NCBI GenBank assembly: GCA_951406725.2
Contig: OX597815.1
Coordinates: forward strand, 86,428,001 to 86,492,000
Source: Octopus vulgaris
Lineage: Eukaryota
Length of the DNA stretch: 64,000 nucleotides
Direction: 5' to 3'
The notes below the pieces were generated by a model, which saw nothing but the letters and a program-made list of their open reading frames with translations, was not told the origin of the DNA and did no database searches. This document shows, piece after piece, positions 26,108 through 39,457 of the stretch; within the stretch, counting starts at the first letter, position 1, and each line of letters begins with the position of its first letter. The translations under genes and the position numbers were made by a program.

Positions 26108-26792
26108 ATTATTATTATTATTATCATCACTGATGTTTTTATTTTCATTTCTTTCTATTTGTCATTGTTAATATTTCCTCTGATCCGTTATGAGTTTTGG
26201 CTGTCATTAACACTTTCGTGTTAGTACTAGGCTCCGGGTCTTATCTATTAGCGTAGACAATTTGATAGAGTACCGCTTCTATAATTATAAACAAATAAAT
26301 GTAGTCAAACGAGACAAAGAAACAAACAAAAATCTAATATTCACACCTATCTTTTCCATGGGGGTATGTATCTGTTTAATGCCGGGGGAGGAGGGTATAT
26401 GTATATATATATGCATGTATTTAATGCTTTTGTGATCAATGATGGCTAGCCTTTGTCGGTTGTTTTTATTCGATTCCCTTATGTGTGTATGCGCGCGCCT
26501 GTTTATACATTACTTAATGTCATTTTGAAATATTAAAATGTGTTCATGTAAAAATGGGTGTGCACATAATTAATTAGTTTACGTACTCACGTGTTTGTGA
26601 TGTGTACTTAATCGAATATAGTCCGATATGTACTTATTCGGATATAGGCCAATACTTTTAATGAGTATTACTTACTTGGGTGTAATCCAGCGGTTTGGCA
26701 GTGTGGTTAGCGTGTTGTGCGAGTGACGGAGATGACACACAGTTAAAATACATCGTTTCATTCAGAAAATAGAAATAAATTTTATTATTATT

Positions 26793-26970
26793 GAGTGAGA
26801 GAGTGCATGCTATCAAAGTGACACTGGGGTAGAGTATACGAAGCGCAGTATACCCATCATGACTACCAGTCTGATAAGGGTACACTAGGTACATGAATCG
26901 CAACCATATGTGCGCCACATGGTGATCCCATATCAAGATAAACAACCCGTGACCTTGCAGGGGAGAGGGC
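26793..26970 (-). mobile_element. ~530-bp repeat family, truncated copy 2
   Basis: Reverse complement of the terminal ~180 bp of 62607-63132; flanked by (ATT)n on both sides. Confidence 0.85.
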
Positions 26971-26998
26971 ATTATTTTTATTGTTATTACTATTATTA

Positions 26999-27062
<64 letters not shown>

Positions 27063-27063
27063 C

Positions 27064-27620
27064 ATTTTATGTTTGACCTTTGCTTTACATTTTACAAGTT
27101 GGCTCCAAGTCTCACCCAGAGACCTCAAGAAACAAGTTGGATGTTCATGGTGTTATGCTTAGGGTGTCATATATTTGGTTTTGTACATAGTGTTCTTCTA
27201 GATAATATTTAAGAAACCATAACAAAATTATGTCTGTTTTAAAACTTAAGATTACATAAAAAGCATTTTGCGTAGGATATGGGCAGTTCCCATGAGTACT
27301 ATCTTTTGAATTTTTGCAATTTTGGGGTTTCCTGGTATCAGAGATAGTTAGCAATCAGCCCCTTTTGCTATCATTCCCAGGGCACCTATGACAACAGGTA
27401 TTGTTTTAGTCTTCAGGTTACACATTGTGCTAATTTCTATTTCAAGATATTTATATTTGCTCAGTTTTTGGTAGGTCTTGACAGATACGTTTATATCGAT
27501 TTTGACAGTCATATCAATGAGGAGGCATGATTTTTGTCTGAGGTCTTTCAATATGATGTCTGGCTTTTTTGCATCTATCTTTCTGTCAGTTTGAATGAAA
27601 TTCCAGAGGAGTGAGATGTG
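27064..27620 (-). mobile_element. R4/Dong-type LINE 3' end (RLE domain), second family
   Basis: IQTDRKIDAKKPDIILKD..CLLIDM..KLSKYKYLEIEI..IPVVIGALG..GTAHILRK; (ATT)n on both sides. Confidence 0.9.
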
Positions 27621-27629
27621 ATTATTATT

Positions 27630-28320
27630 GCCGTCAGCCGGGCCTGCCGAGGTGCTGCCAAGACGACGAAACCGTCCTGCACGCTCTCGTCCAGTGTCCG
27701 AGTATTGCTGAACTATGGGCTTATGTCAAACAGCTACTGTCGCGTATAGGTCGGATCCGGCTATCAGCTGAATCCATAATGAAGATTGCCCCACCGACCT
27801 CCTTTAACCGGGAGGTCAAGGCAGTTTTCCTTTGCCTAGTGGCTGTAGCGAAAGAGGTGGTATGGTGGACCCGTTTGAAAGAGCTAAGGTCAGACACTTC
27901 CCTCTTTCGCCCAGGCCTCGTCAACTTTTTCAAGTTTCACTTGAAAAGGAAGATGAGAGTAGAGAGGGAAGTGCTGGCCGATGGCAAGTTTACTGAAAGG
28001 TGGATAAATGTTGCAAGAATGGCTAGTATGAAAGGAGCCATTCTGAGGATACACCTGTAAGAAAAAAAAGTATTACAAAAGGAGAAAGGGGCTCTCTACC
28101 TCCCTTTTGTCCAGGCTCCCGTGGCTTTTATGAGTTTTTCCACCAGGAACCTTTCGTAATGTCTCCCCCTATTGGGAGTTTTTCGTTGTTATAATTTTTC
28201 GTTGTTACACTGTTCTTACATGGTTTTTTACAAACGGACAAAACCCTTTGCAATTTTCGTCCTATGTTTTGTCCCTTTATGTTATAATTAATTTTTGTCA
28301 GCACTTGTGGCCAATAAAAT
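27630..28320 (+). mobile_element. Tx1/L1-type LINE 3' end (C-terminal zinc knuckle and 3'UTR)
   Basis: PRCCQDDETVLHALVQCPSIAELW..VAKEVVWWTR..; stop at 28060; AATAAA at ~28313 followed by (TAT)n. Confidence 0.8.
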
Positions 28321-28321
28321 A

Positions 28322-28396
<75 letters not shown>

Positions 28397-28412
28397 TATT
28401 ATTATTATTATG

Positions 28413-28812
28413 AAGGTGGCAAGGTACCAGAATCGTTAGCAAGCGGGGTAAAATGCTTGGTGGCATTTCCTCAATTTTCAACTTTTGAAATTCCGCCGAA
28501 GTCGACTTTGCCTTTCATCATTTCGGGGTCAATAGAATGAGTACCAGCTGAGCACTGGGGTCGATGTAATCGATTAATCCCTTCCCTAGATGTGCTCCCC
28601 TTGTGCCAAATGCTGAACTCATTATTGTTATTTTGTTCCGCATGGCGACGACGTAGTAGAACTGTTTGCAAGCCGGATAAATTTCTTCGCAGCATTTCGT
28701 TCGTCTTCACGTTCTAAGTTCATATTCCGCCGAGGTCGAAGTTCCTTTTCATCCTTTCGAGGTTGATAGAATGAGTACCATTTGAGCATCCACCCTTAAA
28801 TTTCAAGAAAGG
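28413..28812 (+). mobile_element. Two adjacent tRNA-derived SINE copies (28413-28620 and 28643-28812)
   Basis: Both contain ATTCCGCCGA(A/G)GTCGA..CTTTCATC.TTTCG.GGT..ATAGAATGAGTACCA. Confidence 0.8.
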
Positions 28813-28843
28813 TTAATTGTTGTTACTACTACTACTACTACTA

Positions 28844-28890
<47 letters not shown>

Positions 28891-30254
28891 TTGTTATTGT
28901 TCTTGTTTTGATGTTGTTTTTGATGTTTTGAAGTTGATTTTATTCCAATATATCCTTTAACTTTATATTTGTGGGTAAAGCTGGGTAATGGAGAAATATT
29001 AGTGAAAAGTTCTGGTTTTAAAATTCAAATAATATATAGAATACTGTATAATGTTATTGGACCTATTGATGTGGCCAGAAAGTTGACTGATAGAAAATAG
29101 AGTATAAGACATAAAAATACATAAACTAAAAAATAAATAATATAGAACTTTCAATTATCTTATATAAGGTAAACGAACGTTATTATCAGACATCTCAACA
29201 ACAATGTTAATGTACATGAATCCAACGCTGTTCTTGATGAAAGTTGCATACGAGTAATTCATTTTTATGTTATCTTGTGCTACTTCTCGGACAGACAGAA
29301 ATACAGCAATATTTATGGTTCTTGATAAATAATCTTGATCATAACTAAATTGATGTCAGTATAATTAATGTCTCAATAGCTGAATATGTATGTTTGTGAC
29401 TATAAATATACGTGTATATGTGTTTACTTATATGTATTATTAAAAGCTGAAAGTTCTTGAATTGGGACTTTGATTTTCTTTCACGTTACCGAGTATTCAA
29501 ATGACTGAAAACGAAAAACATGACAATGTAAGCAAAAGTTTTACTATTGCACCAAAGCAATCCTTCGAATTTCTTTGCCCATTTTAGAAACTTCATTCAA
29601 ATCACCGAGAATTGTATATTTCTTACGTCATTAGAATTTATCACGAGAGAGCGTGAAATGGTTGTTTTTAGCGAAGAGGATCGAAACTCATATAAACATA
29701 AAAATATTTACATGCTATTATTTATATTTTAATTTGGGCTTCGCGATCCGCTGTTCCAGAAATAACATACTGCACGTTCTTTCGAATGTTTGTAAATTCC
29801 GCCGTCGTCAACATTAAGCAAATGTTTTAGCAAACACTTCGGAATATAATTTGTAATCAAGATTGGAATAGTAAGAATCTTTTAAGTTTAGTAATTAGTC
29901 ACACGACGAATACGCGACATATTCATCTATTCGCATAAAAAGATGTCATATTTCCATTTCTTCAGTATCTTGTGTGAAATATACCCTAAAGTAGAGAAGA
30001 TCGCTATTGTAAAGGGAGATTTAGTTTTGATGAAAAACTAAATCTATTTTTCGATATGGGATCATCATTTGGAGTACGTCAGATCCATTATGTAACACAT
30101 TACCTATTAGAAAATTCTTCAAAAATATCGCCCTACAGGCGCTTTGTCCTAACACATATGGAGTTTAACTGATGACACTGCTCTCCTTTATAAAATCGAC
30201 TTAATCGTTATAGATGTCGCATTTCCACTATGCTATTTAATTACATCCGCAGGA

Positions 30255-30410
30255 TCTAGTGGTTCGGCAAAATAACTCGCTTCAATAAATACCAGAGTTA
30301 AACAGAATAAGTATTAGGGTGGATTTGTTCGCTTAAATCTTTCATGCCAGAGCCCCATCACAGCATCGTAGTCAAATAATTGAAGTAAGTAAAAGAATAA
30401 AAGGAATACA
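30255..30410 (+). mobile_element. SINE 3' fragment
   Basis: ctagtggttcggcaaaa...gaataagtattagggtggatttgttcgc...gtcaaataattgaagtaagtaaaagaataaaag is the reverse complement of the tail of the 5414 family. Confidence 0.6.
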
Positions 30411-32908
30411 AAGTAGAAAAATACTCCAAGTATACTTCACTGTGTTTAAACCTTTGACATTCATTTTTAATCTTCCACAATAAATATAATATATACTCAG
30501 TTATTTTTCTCTTCATATACATAAACATGAAATAAAGAAACATAAACAAGTCAGCCGCAAACATAGGTGGCAGCTTACTTGAAATATTTGTCACACATTC
30601 CCATGATTAATTTTTATAATGCTAAATTTACCATTAACATAAAGTAGTAGTACAGACTCGCTATTTTAAACCGATTTCAAATGTTGAATAACAGAAATAT
30701 GCAATTGGTGAGATTAAATATTTTAACTCCATGAAAAATCTTCTTATATTGTTTTCCTGTAATGTAAAAGTTATAATTTCTCCTTGAAAAGATTAACTCA
30801 TATTGTGTACCTCATCAACAACCTTTGCCGAGAACATTTTCACAAAGCTAATCATACACTAACTTTATGCGTGTTTAATTTCTCAAAAGGAGAAGGTAAT
30901 ATCAAAATATATAAAAGCAAAGACAAAATAAAGGAGGAAAACCTTAGAGTAAATGCGACAAGTTTTCAGAGGAAGAATTACAAAATATAATATTGGAAAC
31001 ACGCAGGGAGGCAGGTGAATTCTTAGTTGCTATGCAACTAGAGCATATTCTAGATGTGTGATGAACAATTGCTACATTTATGCCTAAGAAGATGGATATA
31101 ATGTTGTAATATGTGGAATCTAGTTAAACGAATGAAGTCAAAGTTCTCAGTATATCTAGTTGATGTTACCGTTGCTGTTGGTGGTGTTGAACAAAACGCC
31201 AGTACTGACCAAACACATCTTTCATTTAGAAAGCATTCGATTATTATATATATATGTATATCAAGGACTAAATATCCAGTGCATCCATTCACGCTTAAAG
31301 ATGCTTAGCAGTGAATAGAGGAGATTTCGCTGCTCTCCCTACAACGGCAGTTGAATATGACAGTTTGGCTTCTCTATCGCATCTAAAAACAGGAACATAG
31401 GTGTAAAATTACGACGAGGAAATAAAATTATTTTCCATTTTAACAAATAGAACATGACAAGGGATATAATAATTAATGGGATCACAGTTATGAAGTGCGG
31501 TAGTTGGGAGGGAAATGCTATGCACCACAGAACCAAACACCATAGAAATAGCATTCTTTCTCCGCATTCAAAAGGTAGTATAATATTTGAGTTCCTTGCC
31601 AAAAGAATCCCTACTAACTTTACGATATCCATCTTTTCTCAGCTATGTTGATTCTAAAAGCAGTATACTTGCAGATAAAAACCTTCATTTTTGCTGCTGC
31701 CCGCTTTGTACACAGGGCTCCATTGATCATACAAGGTAAATATTCATAACTACATTTTTTCGTTTCCACGTGACAACCCACCAGTCACACATGCGACAAT
31801 TGCAAAGACATAACCAACCGATTCAAAGAAGCCGCCCTGCTAGTGTGTAACCAAGACCCAGCTCCTAGTGTTACTAAACTCTTCAATCTTTCCTCTTTAT
31901 TTTTTTTTCATTCTCTTTTCACTCTAAAGTGTTATTCCCGATTCATGAAGGCATGGATACAGTTTTAACAACTTTGTCCAGTGAAAACCGTCCTATTGTG
32001 TTCACATTTTTAATATCTCAAAACTGATTAAGATAGTCATTCGAAGAAAATTTCTCCAGCGTTCTAAAGTCATAGCAGTCAAAAAGCCAAGTCTTTTTCC
32101 ACTGAACTTTGCCAATGTGCTGCGGCCATCACAAAATTTGGTGCAAACCTTGTTGTGCTCGATATCAGCAAATATATTTACTGTGTCTAATATGTAAATC
32201 TTGTGGCAAAACGTCTTACTTGTGGTCGCCATCCATATGTGAAATATTAGATGGGCAGTGTCATCTCAAATTGCACTGTCGCGATGTGTGTTGCGGAAAA
32301 CCTCTTTCATATATATTCTGTTGTTCTGATATGCCACAGGCGTCACGTTTGTCTCTCGAATTTTTCAATTTATACATCAATGGTTAACTTGACGTCATCT
32401 CTAACAACGTGCACCTCTCTGCAGATAGTATCATTAGTCTCTAATCTTCCATTTAAATTTATAATCTGACGTATGTATCTCCCACAAACCTGCACCAATT
32501 CCATGAATAGACATCTCCTAAATCTCCTATCACCAAAATAGCTACATATTTCAAGAGATAATTATCTTCCAGCTTCTTCATGATGAACACATACAACTTC
32601 AGCCTTCAAGGGCGTTACAAATGCTACATTATCAACTGTTACAAAGGTTATATCCAAACCAATACGTCCACAATAAAGAAAAGACAACAGCACTAAAATT
32701 AGCTTTCCTTTTCAAAGCTAGAAAACACTTTAACTCTCGACAATTGCAAACTCCATTACATAGCTCAGGTGAAAATCATAATAGGCTATATTTTTAAATT
32801 TAGATGAGGAGTTACAGATACATTCCATGCTACAGTGAAAGGAAGAAGACTCAGTTGGTTGACATATCGTTGCTGACCAAGACACTTCAATATTTGGTCG
32901 TCATATGT

Positions 32909-34192
32909 GGGGGAGACCGGGTCTGGTTGTTACATTTTTTCATATTTTTGCCTTGGCACCCACATAATTGAACGCAGCTGAAGTTTCTTTTCAGATTTAA
33001 TTAGTAAAACATTTTTATTTATTATCATCAGCAAAAAACAGAAATTACATAACATTAATTAGACAGGTTCTAATTAATGAGGTAGTGTCAGCTGTAACAA
33101 TTTTCCCCTAGTGCGGGGTACGTTGTGACACTTACTGGGGTACTTTGTTACCACTGTCGATAACTCGGAATTATGTTAACAAACAAGTTTTAAATGAATA
33201 CGTCTCCTGCTTCTTGCATCTAGGAAATATTATTTTAATTAATTAACTGTGCTTTGAAACACCTCATATCCTAACTGTGATACTGAGAGTCCTCATCAGC
33301 CAATTTCCCATTGTTACATGCCATCTAGTCGGAATCGTCCTCCATTAACTTCTTGCCACACAGATCACACAGAAAGTCCTGTCGTCCATCGGAACAGTCA
33401 GTGTGTGCCCAGCCTTTACAGATCGTGCATTGCACCCGTTCTTCACCTGGAAGGGAGTTGGAATACCAATCTGAGCAAACAAGGCATTTCCAATCGGTGA
33501 CTTGCTTGCTGCGAGGCTGCTTCCTTTTGCCTTAACCTGTTTTATTTGACTTTCCCTTCCCCTTTGTTGCCTTTTCTATACCAATTGCCTTCTTTGGTTT
33601 GGTTTTCCGTTCGTTTATTTCATCCAATATGCGCTGTTTTACGATGGTTTTTGTTAGAATGGCTGTTTGGCACCTCCTGTGACTTCCACGACCTCGACCT
33701 GTCTTCCTGGAGAAAGCTGTTCTTAATGGGCGCAACATCTCTGGGCTTGTATCAACACCAGCAGGAAAACCTGAGCATGGTGTAGGTTGCCTGGGCTAAG
33801 TTGATACACTGTAACAATTGGCCCCGACCATGGATTTCTGGAGATTACCTTGTACACAGCACTAGCAGTGCATGGTATCCAGGACACACCTTCATGTATG
33901 GAAGGCAACTTCCAACATTTCCTAAAGAGCCACAAACTACTTCAGTAACACCACTTGTGCTTTAGTAGTTAAGGAAATAACTCTGAGGCAAAATTTCACT
34001 TTTGGAGTAACAAATCGTTTTTTTAGCCATAACTTTCCAGCTGACTGCCCGCCAGTGCAATACACATGTGCAGTCATGATGCTATGGAGTTGGCCTTCAC
34101 GAGGTAGAGACCCGAGTGCTACTTACTTCTTGAAGTTGGAAACAATGTGCTTGTAACAACTTATCCGTGTGACAACTAGACCCGGTTTCCCA
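32909..34192 (-). mobile_element. pogo-like DNA transposon deletion derivative retaining a C-terminal PHD finger
   Basis: TIRs gggagaccgggtctggttgttaca / tgtgacaactagacccggtttccc with TA at the right end; subterminal repeats; minus translation SPEMLRPL..TAILT..K and CLVCSDWYSNSLPGEERVQCTICKGWAHTDC..FLCDL. Confidence 0.85.
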
Positions 34193-37168
34193 TATTCTTC
34201 CATTTCTCTGCTTTCCAACTGTTACCGCGGTTTCTTAAACTCCACCAAACTGGATTATCTTAGGTCACCTCCTCTTATACGCTTCAAACACGCCTCCTTC
34301 AGGTACCTTCAGATCGTATACTAATCACTACGTCGAGCCCTTTCTGCCCAATGTCTGCCTTCTGGAAATCTCTCTTGGTACATGCTTCTATTCGACCCTG
34401 TCCAACCGTTAACCGCGTCCATCGCACCGGTCACAGAAACATTACGATGGCTAGAGAAACACCACCTAACTTCAAACTAATTTTTAAAAAAATGGTTCGG
34501 GTGACACTGGGTGATTGGATATATTTTTTTAAATTTCAGGAATGGTGAAACGAAATTCTGTGTACTTACTGCCGATGCATAAAATGAAATGAGACAGTTT
34601 CAACAAAGCCTGAAGACATTTACAAACAGGCATATCTACAAAATCTCATGAAGAATTTACGTTTTAGATATCGCATGGACTAACAACAATGATATACTAA
34701 CTAATGTAAAACAAAATAAAATAAGCGCATGAATGTACATGAATCCTCATTTTATTTTCTTTATATTATACTGAAAACGTAACGAACATCTCCTTAGTGT
34801 ACCGTAATCAGGATTATAAAAATATATTACTTTTAAATATATGACCGGTTGATCTGTTGAGATATTTCGTGAAGGGAAAGTATACCTGTCTAACTTAGTG
34901 ACAAGTTGTCATGGTGTTGTTCAAGATATAAATAGATAGGATTTGAAGTACTTCAATGCTTGTGATAAATCGAAATATAAAATAGCGAGCTATTTTTGAA
35001 ACATTATATGGTGTCTGGTTTGAAGATGTGAAACAGTTAAATTGAGCAATAGCAGAGATTTGCTACTGGGTGTTCTCATCTAAAGCTTTTTATTTCCGTA
35101 TTGATCAACGATATAAAATGTCTGAAGAGAGTTTTACTTCATTCAGGCGTCCGTATTTATTGCAATGGCAATTTAACTATTCCATTTTTCAAGAAAGTAA
35201 AAAAAAAAGATATATGGCATGATGCAAAACAAACAGGGAAAGCGAGGCAGAAAAGGCAAGACAGTGGAATAAATGAGAGGGGGAATAGAGAGAAACAATC
35301 AAACAAAAAAAAACAGATAATAGAAGCAAACGATCAAGCGAGAGAGAAAGAGGCGGTAAAAGAGTGAAAGAGTGAAAGCAGAATATTGATTTGAAGAAGA
35401 GATTATTAGTTTCTTATATTGTACTGTGCTGTTCTTTACAAGGAAGAAAGTAATCTGTATGTAATTCGCATATTCTCCTGTAAACAAATTCGATCGCGTC
35501 GCCTGTAATCGTATCAAACCACAGGTCAATTATCAGTTTGTTACCTATTGAAAAATGTATGTACGGAACGTAATCTCATTTCCATCATTAATAAGGTTGT
35601 GATGTTTCGTCTGCGTAAGAGAATTTAATATTTAGTTTTGAGCTTTGCATTCGACTCATTTTCTCTCCTTATCGTCTTTACTACTGCGTATAGAAGTATA
35701 TTAATAGTATATTATTTACTTAACGAATCAACGCCAGTGACAAGATACACACGTCTAACTCTTTAATATGAAAAGATTAATAGATTACTGAATTGCTCCT
35801 CAGGACTTACTGAACTTACTTTATTTTACGCTTTAGGAATAAGCAAACTTTTATAGAACTACAGTAGCGAATGAGAGCCGAACATGGCAGAATATATAAG
35901 GATATTGTAAAGCCAAAGGTTCTCAGAGGTGAGATTTGTATAAGGTTAATAAACTTAATAATGAACAGCTGAATTTGTCAAACTAAAATTAGTAACTACC
36001 AGTGGAATGACGATGGAAATATGGTTATTTAAGTGGTTTATAGATTTGAAACTTATCTTACTGAGGAAGTGAAGCAGAAATTTCATTCTGAGGATATTTC
36101 TTAGACCGTTTTTGTTTTAGTTGAATAACTCTAATTATATAAATATATTTACTGTAAATGTTTTTTTTCTTCTTTACTTGCTTAGTCTGGAAGAAGGAAA
36201 GGTTGTTATCAACTTTCTGGATCCTCTTCCGCCAGTATGATTCATGCCTTGAATGTTTGGAAGTGAACACAAGCGGTTGGGAATTCCAGAAGGTCGGCAT
36301 TCTGGGAATAAAAAGGACTCGGTATATTGATTAGTGTGGAGCTTAAAGGGTTAAATACATTCAAGGAGAATGAAATGAGGAAAGAAAAGTGGGTGAGTAA
36401 TGCCTGAGTAGAGTTATCACAAGTCCAGCCAGCCCCAAAGCGCCAGATAGTAGCGATAGTAAAATCAGAGAGAAAATGTAGCGCGCTTGTGGGCCAAATA
36501 CTAGAGTGTGTCTGCGAGTGACTTAACAACAAATAACGTTTTCTGATTGAGATTAGGTTCGTCGGTGTGTACAACAGCAGAACCCTCCCAGATGTCGGAG
36601 CAATATTCTGTCATATATAATTGATATTTTTTTCATACAAAATGGTGAGCACTGAACAGTTTCTGGCAAACGTACAGAGTTTAACGCGATTTTCGGCGAA
36701 TGCCAGTGAATTTAATTCTTCACAATGATACTATTAGGGGAGCAGTGAAAACTATAATTTCAGTTCCAATCCGTTTACAGACAACTTTCATGTCTAGACA
36801 CATGTTCGTGCACGAGCACACACATACACGCGTGCGCACACATATACATACATATATGCATACACGTATACATTCATACATATGTGTGTATATAAATGTT
36901 TCACCTAAAAGGAAAATTATAATTGTCACTAAATATGAATAGAGTGTTAAGAAAAACTTACATTGCTAGAAATAAGAGCTAAACCGTTCTAATGCTGTAG
37001 TTAACGCCCATGAATAAATATATATATATATATACACTAACAGGGACCATAATCGCCCGAAAAGTGCCGATCGTGAATTCTTAATACTGACGTCAGTTTC
37101 GATAATTTTCGTTGTCTCGATTGTTCGGGTCTTTTCAGACCCGCTCGCCATTCAGCGATTCGCTAAAT

Positions 37169-37480
37169 GTAAATCTACAAAGGGGAGGTTACACATCCCA
37201 GTATCAAATGATTTCGCTTTCTTTGTCGAATTCACAATTAAACTCATTAGCTAGGTTTACTACGTAAACTATTTTTTAAAAGTATATTTACCATTTCGTG
37301 CGCGTCTGTTGGTTTGTAAGTCGCGCGGCCTTCAACTGAAGAGACGTGCACTGAATGGTAAATATATTTTCAAAAATAGTTTCCGTAGTAAGCTTAGGTA
37401 ATGAGCTTTAAGTGTCAATTCGGCACAGAAAGCGAAATCAATTGATACTGGCATATCTACTCACCTCTTTGTAGTTTTAC
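37169..37480. repeat. Long imperfect palindrome (~155-bp arms), MITE/fold-back-like
   Basis: gtaaatctacaaagggg... pairs with ...cctctttgtagttttac; centre aagtcgcgcggcctt at ~37325. Confidence 0.9.
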
Positions 37481-37694
37481 AAATGGAGATGACTGTTTAT
37501 TTTAGAATATTTGCTACATAATCCGTACGTGTTTACATATAGAGAGAGATACGTGGTTTCGGAGAGTTTTAGCTCTTCTTTCAAGCAAGCAGGTGCATAT
37601 TGTACCCTCACTTTTAATATATATTTTGCTTATTTGGATTATATTTGCCACTTCATTATTATTTTTTAAAGATAATGATGACTTATTTGAATTT

Positions 37695-37754
<60 letters not shown>

Positions 37755-37757
<3 letters not shown>

Positions 37758-38330
37758 GAAATGAGGTAATCAGAAGATCGGATGGTTCATGTTTATAGAT
37801 ATTTATTTATATATTACATTTTTTACATATATATATCATATCATTCAGATCATATCATTCAGATTATTAGCGCTTTCTCCCATTCCAGTGGGGTTTTCAA
37901 ATCAAATCAATTCCTTTGTGGGGAATTTGGTCATTTTATAGAGTTTCGTAGTAGTGAGGAGGAACAAGATAGTATAAGAGGGTGAGGTAGATGAGGAGGA
38001 AGTGAGAGAGAGAAAATGTGTGTATGTGTATGTGTGTGTGTGTGTATGTGTGTGTGTGTGTGTGTGTGTGCGTTTGTATCTGAGGCTAAAGAGAGAAAGG
38101 GGGAAGGGGGAAGGGGGGAGAGGGAAGAGGAAGAATAAGAAGAAGAAGAAGAAGAAGAAGGATTTCCTTTGGCCTGTTGGACCCCCTGGGGAGTTCTAAG
38201 AATTTTAGCTCTCTGTCCATTCTGGTGTCACTGAGTGTGTGTTGGTGGGTAGGCTGGCTAGAAATTACACCTTTTGTGATTTTTGGGATGGACAAATGTC
38301 ATTTGGGGTCATACTTTGTATTATCGTTTT
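37755..38330 (-). mobile_element. Penelope-like element 3' end with hammerhead-like motif
   Basis: Minus translation RMDRELKFLELPRGSN resembles the GIY-YIG C-terminus (RE..I..L..P.GLN), followed by a pyrimidine-rich UTR and an HHR motif at 37862-37907. Confidence 0.5.
37862..37907 (-). ncRNA. Type-I hammerhead-like motif, U3:A8 core variant
   Basis: Minus strand: gat-TTGAAAA-cccca[ctggaa]tggga-GAAA-gcgc-TA-ataatc; stem I imperfect. Confidence 0.5.
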
Positions 38331-38593
38331 GTGGAGGTGTGTGTGTGTATGTCTCTCTGTGTCCGTGTGTGTTTGTGTGCGTGTGTGTGTGTGTCTCTGT
38401 GTGTTTGGAGAAGGGGGGAGAGACAAAAAGAGAAAAGGGAAAATAAAAATTAAAATAAATATAAAAATAAAAATAAAAAATAAATAAAAATAAGGGAGGA
38501 AATGGAGAAGAGAAAAATATATTTTTGTGTGTTGATATTTATACCACTACATATATATACACACACAGACTTATACATAAAATATTTGAAAAA

Positions 38594-38759
38594 AAAACCT
38601 TTTATCGGTTCAAAATGAACAACCAAATTACACCATCTTGAAAATTGTATATTATAGGAAAGTTAAAATTAAAGTGACAATTAAAAAGTAAAGATGGAAG
38701 TAAATTATAAAGATAATAATATAATGTATATAACAGGCAATATATATATATACATACAC

Positions 38760-38802
<43 letters not shown>

Positions 38803-39080
38803 CAGACATAAACTAAATGTTCTACTATATTAGATTGTAAATCGAAAGATGCGTCCTTCAATGTCACTATATATATATATATATATACACATGCTTACAC
38901 ATGAAATATTAGAGAAAAACCCACCTTCTATCGAATCAAAATGAACAATCAAATTACACCATCTTGAAAATTGCATATCATAGGAAGGTTAAAATTAGAA
39001 TGACAATTGGCAAGTAAAGATCAAGTAAATTACAAAAACAATATAATGTATATAACAGGTAACATATATATACACACACA

Positions 39081-39148
<68 letters not shown>

Positions 39149-39201
39149 TTAAATGTTCTACTATATTACATTGTAAATCGAAAAATTTGTCCTTCAATGT
39201 A
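38594..39201. repeat. Tandem duplication of a ~280-320-bp AT-rich unit containing (TA)n
   Basis: Units 38594-38866 and 38915-39201 share caaaatgaacaa.caaattacaccatcttgaaaattg and taaatgttctactatatta.attgtaaatcgaaa. Confidence 0.9.
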
Positions 39202-39288
39202 TGTTGAGTAAAGTTTCAGCCATTTAATTTGGGGGAGAACTTAGCTATGAAATGTTTTTCCATATTCCTCCTGATAGATATATATAGA

Positions 39289-39324
<36 letters not shown>

Positions 39325-39391
39325 TGTATGTATGTATGTATGTACGTATGTATGTACGTATGTATGTATGTATGTATGTATGTATGTATGC

Positions 39392-39457
<66 letters not shown>

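Noticed and set aside
26835-26885. Hammerhead or SECIS in the 530-bp repeat (ATGA..CTGATAAG)
   Set aside because: The core does not fit CUGANGA or a paired 3-8 variant, and the hairpin is too short for SECIS geometry. Kept only as a plain hairpin.
36254-36576. Solo LTR (TGT...ACA); similar impression at ~21180-21420
   Set aside because: No TSD, PBS/PPT or second copy could be found.
37330-37360. CTGAAGA in the long palindrome as a hammerhead core
   Set aside because: The opposite arm does not preserve it, and no stem II plus GAAA follows on the same strand.
38594-39201. CRISPR-like or regulatory array
   Set aside because: It is only two long units with internal (TA)n in eukaryotic DNA, i.e. 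a simple tandem duplication.
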